From Lytechinus pictus (taxonomy: Eukaryota), in contig NC_087245.1 of assembly GCF_037042905.1 (NCBI RefSeq), forward strand, positions 1,302,001-1,366,000: a stretch of 64,000 nt of DNA, written 5' to 3'. A model generated the notes under the pieces. The model did no database searches, was not told the DNA's origin, and saw only the letters and a program-made list of their open reading frames with translations. Shown here piece by piece: positions 59,780 through 64,000 of this stretch. Each line of letters opens with the position of its first letter. Position 1 is the stretch's first letter. Made by a program: the position numbers and the translations under genes.

Positions 59780-62700
59780 TAGCTAGCATGCTTCCTTAGT
59801 AGTAGTGACTGAATGACCTAGCCTTACGAGAGCTCTAGCAGTTGTTCCAAACCTCCTGTGGTTCATGATACAGCATTTTGGAGCATTTTTAGACAAATTT
59901 GAAAGAATATATTAGATTGAAAGTGCTTTAAGTGCATAGGTAATGGCTGATCTTGAGTTAAACCCAAACGAAATGCCCTTCTTGATATTTTCAACAAGCA
60001 CAGAAAGAAATCTCTCCATGCAAGACTGCTAAGACTATAGCATGATGTATTCAGATAAATTCATAGACTGTTTTGAAGAGTTGTAGTCTGGATATATACA
60101 ACTCTGCCCTTTGTGTGGAGTATTTTATCACTGATCTTCACTTTCAGCCCTAACATTCTACTGAAATACTGGGAGAGTTAATATTTCAAATCTCTTCATA
60201 TCAAATGATATGATATCAGGATATGAAGGAAAGACTGATCCCCAGGAAAATTGAAGGACTCCTCTTAAATGAAGCAGTTATACAATAATTAGTCTTGATG
60301 GGAATGTATAAGGCTACATACAATTGAAACATTGTTTTCAAAGATTTAAAAAATCAAGGTTGTATTGAATTCATTAAACTTGTTGAAATATACATACTAT
60401 ATTTGGAAATGCTAACATAAACATACAAGTAAGGTGAGTTTATTGACAAGGCGACAGATATTGCTGAAATAAAATGGAGATATTAATCATTATTCTATGT
60501 GATGTCAATGCAATGGCCTGTATGATAGGGATTTCATATATTGTGGGTGGGCTTGAAATGAGAGTAAATCACTTAAATGCTATTTGATTGATGAATCATG
60601 TTCATGATTCTATCTACAGAAAGTAATTTTAACACAGCCCTTGAAGCAAGGTTTACAATGAATAATTAACTGTCAAGAGGCCGTACATACCAAGAATTCC
60701 CTAACATGACTTGGCTCTGGCATAAATCCATGCATTGAACCAATTGTTCAGGGTGGGGGTGATCTATTGTCTCATCCCCCCCCCCCCCACTTTAATAGTA
60801 TAACATCACAGATTTATGCCAATGCTTACCAGGATCCAGGAAAAAGGTTTAGAAAGATGGCAGCTCATTGATGTGATTGATAGCTATTCATGTGACAGCT
60901 TTTCATGGGGGCTGACTTGTGGTATTGAGTTAATGATAATCAATGATCTTGGTGCCCTATGCAATTATGTCAACATGGAACAAGATCATGATCTGATCAC
61001 CTATGGTTTAGAACAAGAAATTTGGATTGTTACCCTTCATCTTTATTGATAACTTCATGATAGTCATACTTCCGACATTATACTTTGTATGTTATCCTTC
61101 CAAGCCTGTATTCTGAAGCCTGTTTTCACTAAGACACATTACTTAGGAGGAGCCTGAAATATATAAACTTTGATTACATTGTACACTTCTTTTTTAGTTC
61201 TTTCTCCATGCTAAATGATAAATATAACTATTTTAGTAATTATTTTCACACAATTATGATTGAATAGGAGTTGTGAATAACCCAAGAAATTAAGGGCTGG
61301 GTTTAGATTTGGTAAATTCCACAAATGATTTCATCACTATTCCAGTTCACGAGAAGATATGAATATGTCTGTCCTTAATATAACAGTTATGATATTACTG
61401 ATATGAAATGAAAATATGTTTTGTAGGATAAATTTTGTGAAATTTAATGAAATATTTATTTTGATTGGATGCCCGATCCAGATAAAATATCTGCATGTTT
61501 TTTTGTTTGTTCTCTATCTATATTTACCAAAGCAAGAAATTGGCTGAGAGTCTTAGGATGTAATCTTTTGGGGGTTTTTGATATCTTATCACTAAAATTG
61601 TAAGATTACAAAAAAAACTTTTTGAAAGATAAATAAAACATGGCCAAGCAAGGGTGCTAGATGTTTGACATTTTCCCAGAAAAATAGCTGATGAAAAAGG
61701 AATATAACATCTTTTACCACTGTTGTAAGATTGGCATATCAGATGATACTATTACAAGTCAAGTTGTTTACACTTTACTAAAGTTTTAGTTGGGCTTTAA
61801 ACATCTGCTGTTATAGACCACAGTCATTGGACCAGAGTTTACATTAAACACAGGTTCTGAATATGGTTCACCTTTGTTTCACTTCCTTGTTTAAACTTCT
61901 TCCAATCTTGTCAGACCAGTAAGATATATGTCATATGAAAGAACTAGTAAAATGTCTCAGTTTTATGTTGTATTACGAATGTATCACGGCAGTTAAAACC
62001 AAATAATGTCATTTTTGTTTGTATTTATATATTTTGTAATAAAGATGTCTTCATATTAAGAATGAAACATCCTTGTAGTTTGAAAAGTAATTATAGTCTA
62101 TTTTTTCTGTATTCTTTTTTTTCCCCTCTATCCATCTTTTATGACAAGAGATCAATAAAAAAGCAGCCTATTTTATGCATATAGGAGGAGGAATAATCTA
62201 ATTAGATTAGAGGTCAATGGTCATGTACTTACAAATATCTTGTTCTCAAAATGAATTAAGAAATACTTCATAGATTACCTCCAAACACTGGTTAATATTT
62301 CTATTGTCTATATGCAAAATAATTAAATAAAAACAAATATACATTTCAAAGAGCGTTCTATGAATGACTAGAAAAGAAATGAAAATATTACTGTAGTGAC
62401 AATGGTAAAACGGAATGGTGACATTTATATGCATATGTAGGCAAAGATTATCTAATTAAACTTGGGGTCACAAGATTATTGGTCTCAAGTTTGCAATATA
62501 CTTCTGATCTGACAACGGTGGGGACATTAATTCTACTGTGTATAGTTTAGATTCCATCTGGACACAACCAAAAGTAATTACCCCCTTTTATATATTGCCA
62601 CAATTTCATAACAAAACTGTTTTGATCAAGATAGATTTGACAGGAATGTTTCTAAACTTACTTGCTAATTTCTGTGAGACGTATTTATCCCCAAAGTCAT

Positions 62701-63250
62701 GCATGAGTAAACCAATTGTCACTTTTCTGATCATTTTAAGCCAAAATGAGAGTAATTGATGAAATTTACCCCTTTATTTTAATGTGAAGTGTGCTCACTT
62801 GGCCATGTTACATGTAGTTACAACATATCTTTATAACCTGTACACATTTATTTTACTGATTAATGTATAATTAATTTTGAAAAGATTAATATTTAGACTC
62901 GGCTCACAGACTTCTAAAAAAATGTGTAAAAAGTGTGAGGGGGCATCAAAGGTTAGATGAAATAAATCAAAAGTATTTCCAAAACATTGTGACAGAATTC
63001 AGGATCACAAATCCTTGAAAATGGTCTCTGTGACTTTTGAAGTGTCATTTTGGCCTTTTTACTCACTTATGCATGACTTGACAGATCAATCTCATTTCCA
63101 CACAAAAGTTGGTAAATGAGCATTTCTTTAAAAATTATGTTACTAAAACCATTTTTTTTAAGTTGAATCTAAAAATGTTGCCCTAAAAAGGTAGTCTTCC
63201 TTGACCTAGAAATACTAAGGCCTGCTTTATACCTGAGGCAAACCTTTGAC

Positions 63251-63408
63251 CACTAGCGTACTTACGGGGGGGGGGGGGCAGAGGGGCAGTCTGCCCCCCC
63301 CCCCCTGACAAGCCACCACCCATGCACGTATCCCTGCCCCCCTGACGAGCTTGAAAGACCTTTTTGCCCCCCTGACGAAAATCCTGGAAAATCCTAGGTA
63401 CGCCGCTG
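63251..63408 (-). mobile_element. hAT-type MITE, same family as 24145
   Basis: cctttgac-[cactagcgtactta...taggtacgccgctg]-cctttgac. Confidence 0.85.
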
Positions 63409-64000
63409 CCTTTGACTGACAATGGCTCATGTACATAAATCATGTGCTACAATGCTAAGTGCATCTTACTTGGGGATAAAGAACATTTTGAACTGACAGG
63501 CATATTGTATCAAAATTATGGTGGCAATGGCTTTCCATAATCAAGCTTGGTGTATAGGATCTGTCTCATCTCTTTGTAAGCCTCGGTTCTTTTATTCCAG
63601 CTATAAGGCAAATTGTCATGCCCCCAAAGACATAATTGTCTCATCACCAGAATCATTCTCTTCAGTTACTTTTTATTTGTCACTTTCATGACTATAAACA
63701 AAGATATGAATAATCCAAGTGTCTTTCAATTTACCATTTTTATTGTCAATCCATATTTGATTCTCAATTGCACTCCAATCTTCATCATTAATATCAAACA
63801 TACATAATTGATACAATTACACTGCCAAACCATCATTATGAAAGAACAATTTTTGAACATATTGATGCGTATACCAAAGTGTACATATCACAAATATAAT
63901 CTAAATCAACCCATTACTGATACATTTGAAGTAAAGATTCCAATATTATTTAAAAAGCACAACACCAAAAGTAATACATCAATAGTACATTCATCAATAG

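Noticed and set aside
59780..64000. Additional gene downstream of MCM3AP
   Set aside because: No coding signal; consistent with 3' UTR (AATAAA near 62038 and 62154) and intergenic DNA.

Overview
AT-rich eukaryotic (invertebrate metazoan, probably echinoderm-like; taxon is inference) genomic DNA. One complete plus-strand gene, MCM3AP/GANP (Sac3 family, TREX-2 scaffold), can be assembled by hand from 30 phase-compatible GT-AG coding exons (17407..59779, about 1,800 aa). Its ninth coding intron (26138..44100) is almost entirely filled by an apparently full-length ~17.5-kb Helentron (Helitron2/HLE2-type rolling-circle transposon, 26312..43866). It has perfect 14-bp subterminal inverted repeats and one intact minus-strand 2582-aa ORF: five compact CCHC zinc fingers, a Ulp1/C48-like cysteine protease, a 34-aa charged repeat array, HUH Rep, Pif1 helicase and an AP-like endonuclease. 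Non-autonomous relatives with the same ends (HINE/DINE-1 architecture) lie in other introns of the same gene. One of them carries a nested Penelope-like inverted pLTR with hammerhead-like motifs. The first 14 kb has no convincing coding sequence; it is a mosaic of MITEs, foldback elements and nested insertions, with hints of first exons of a divergent minus-strand gene. All coordinates were read by eye; no searches were run.
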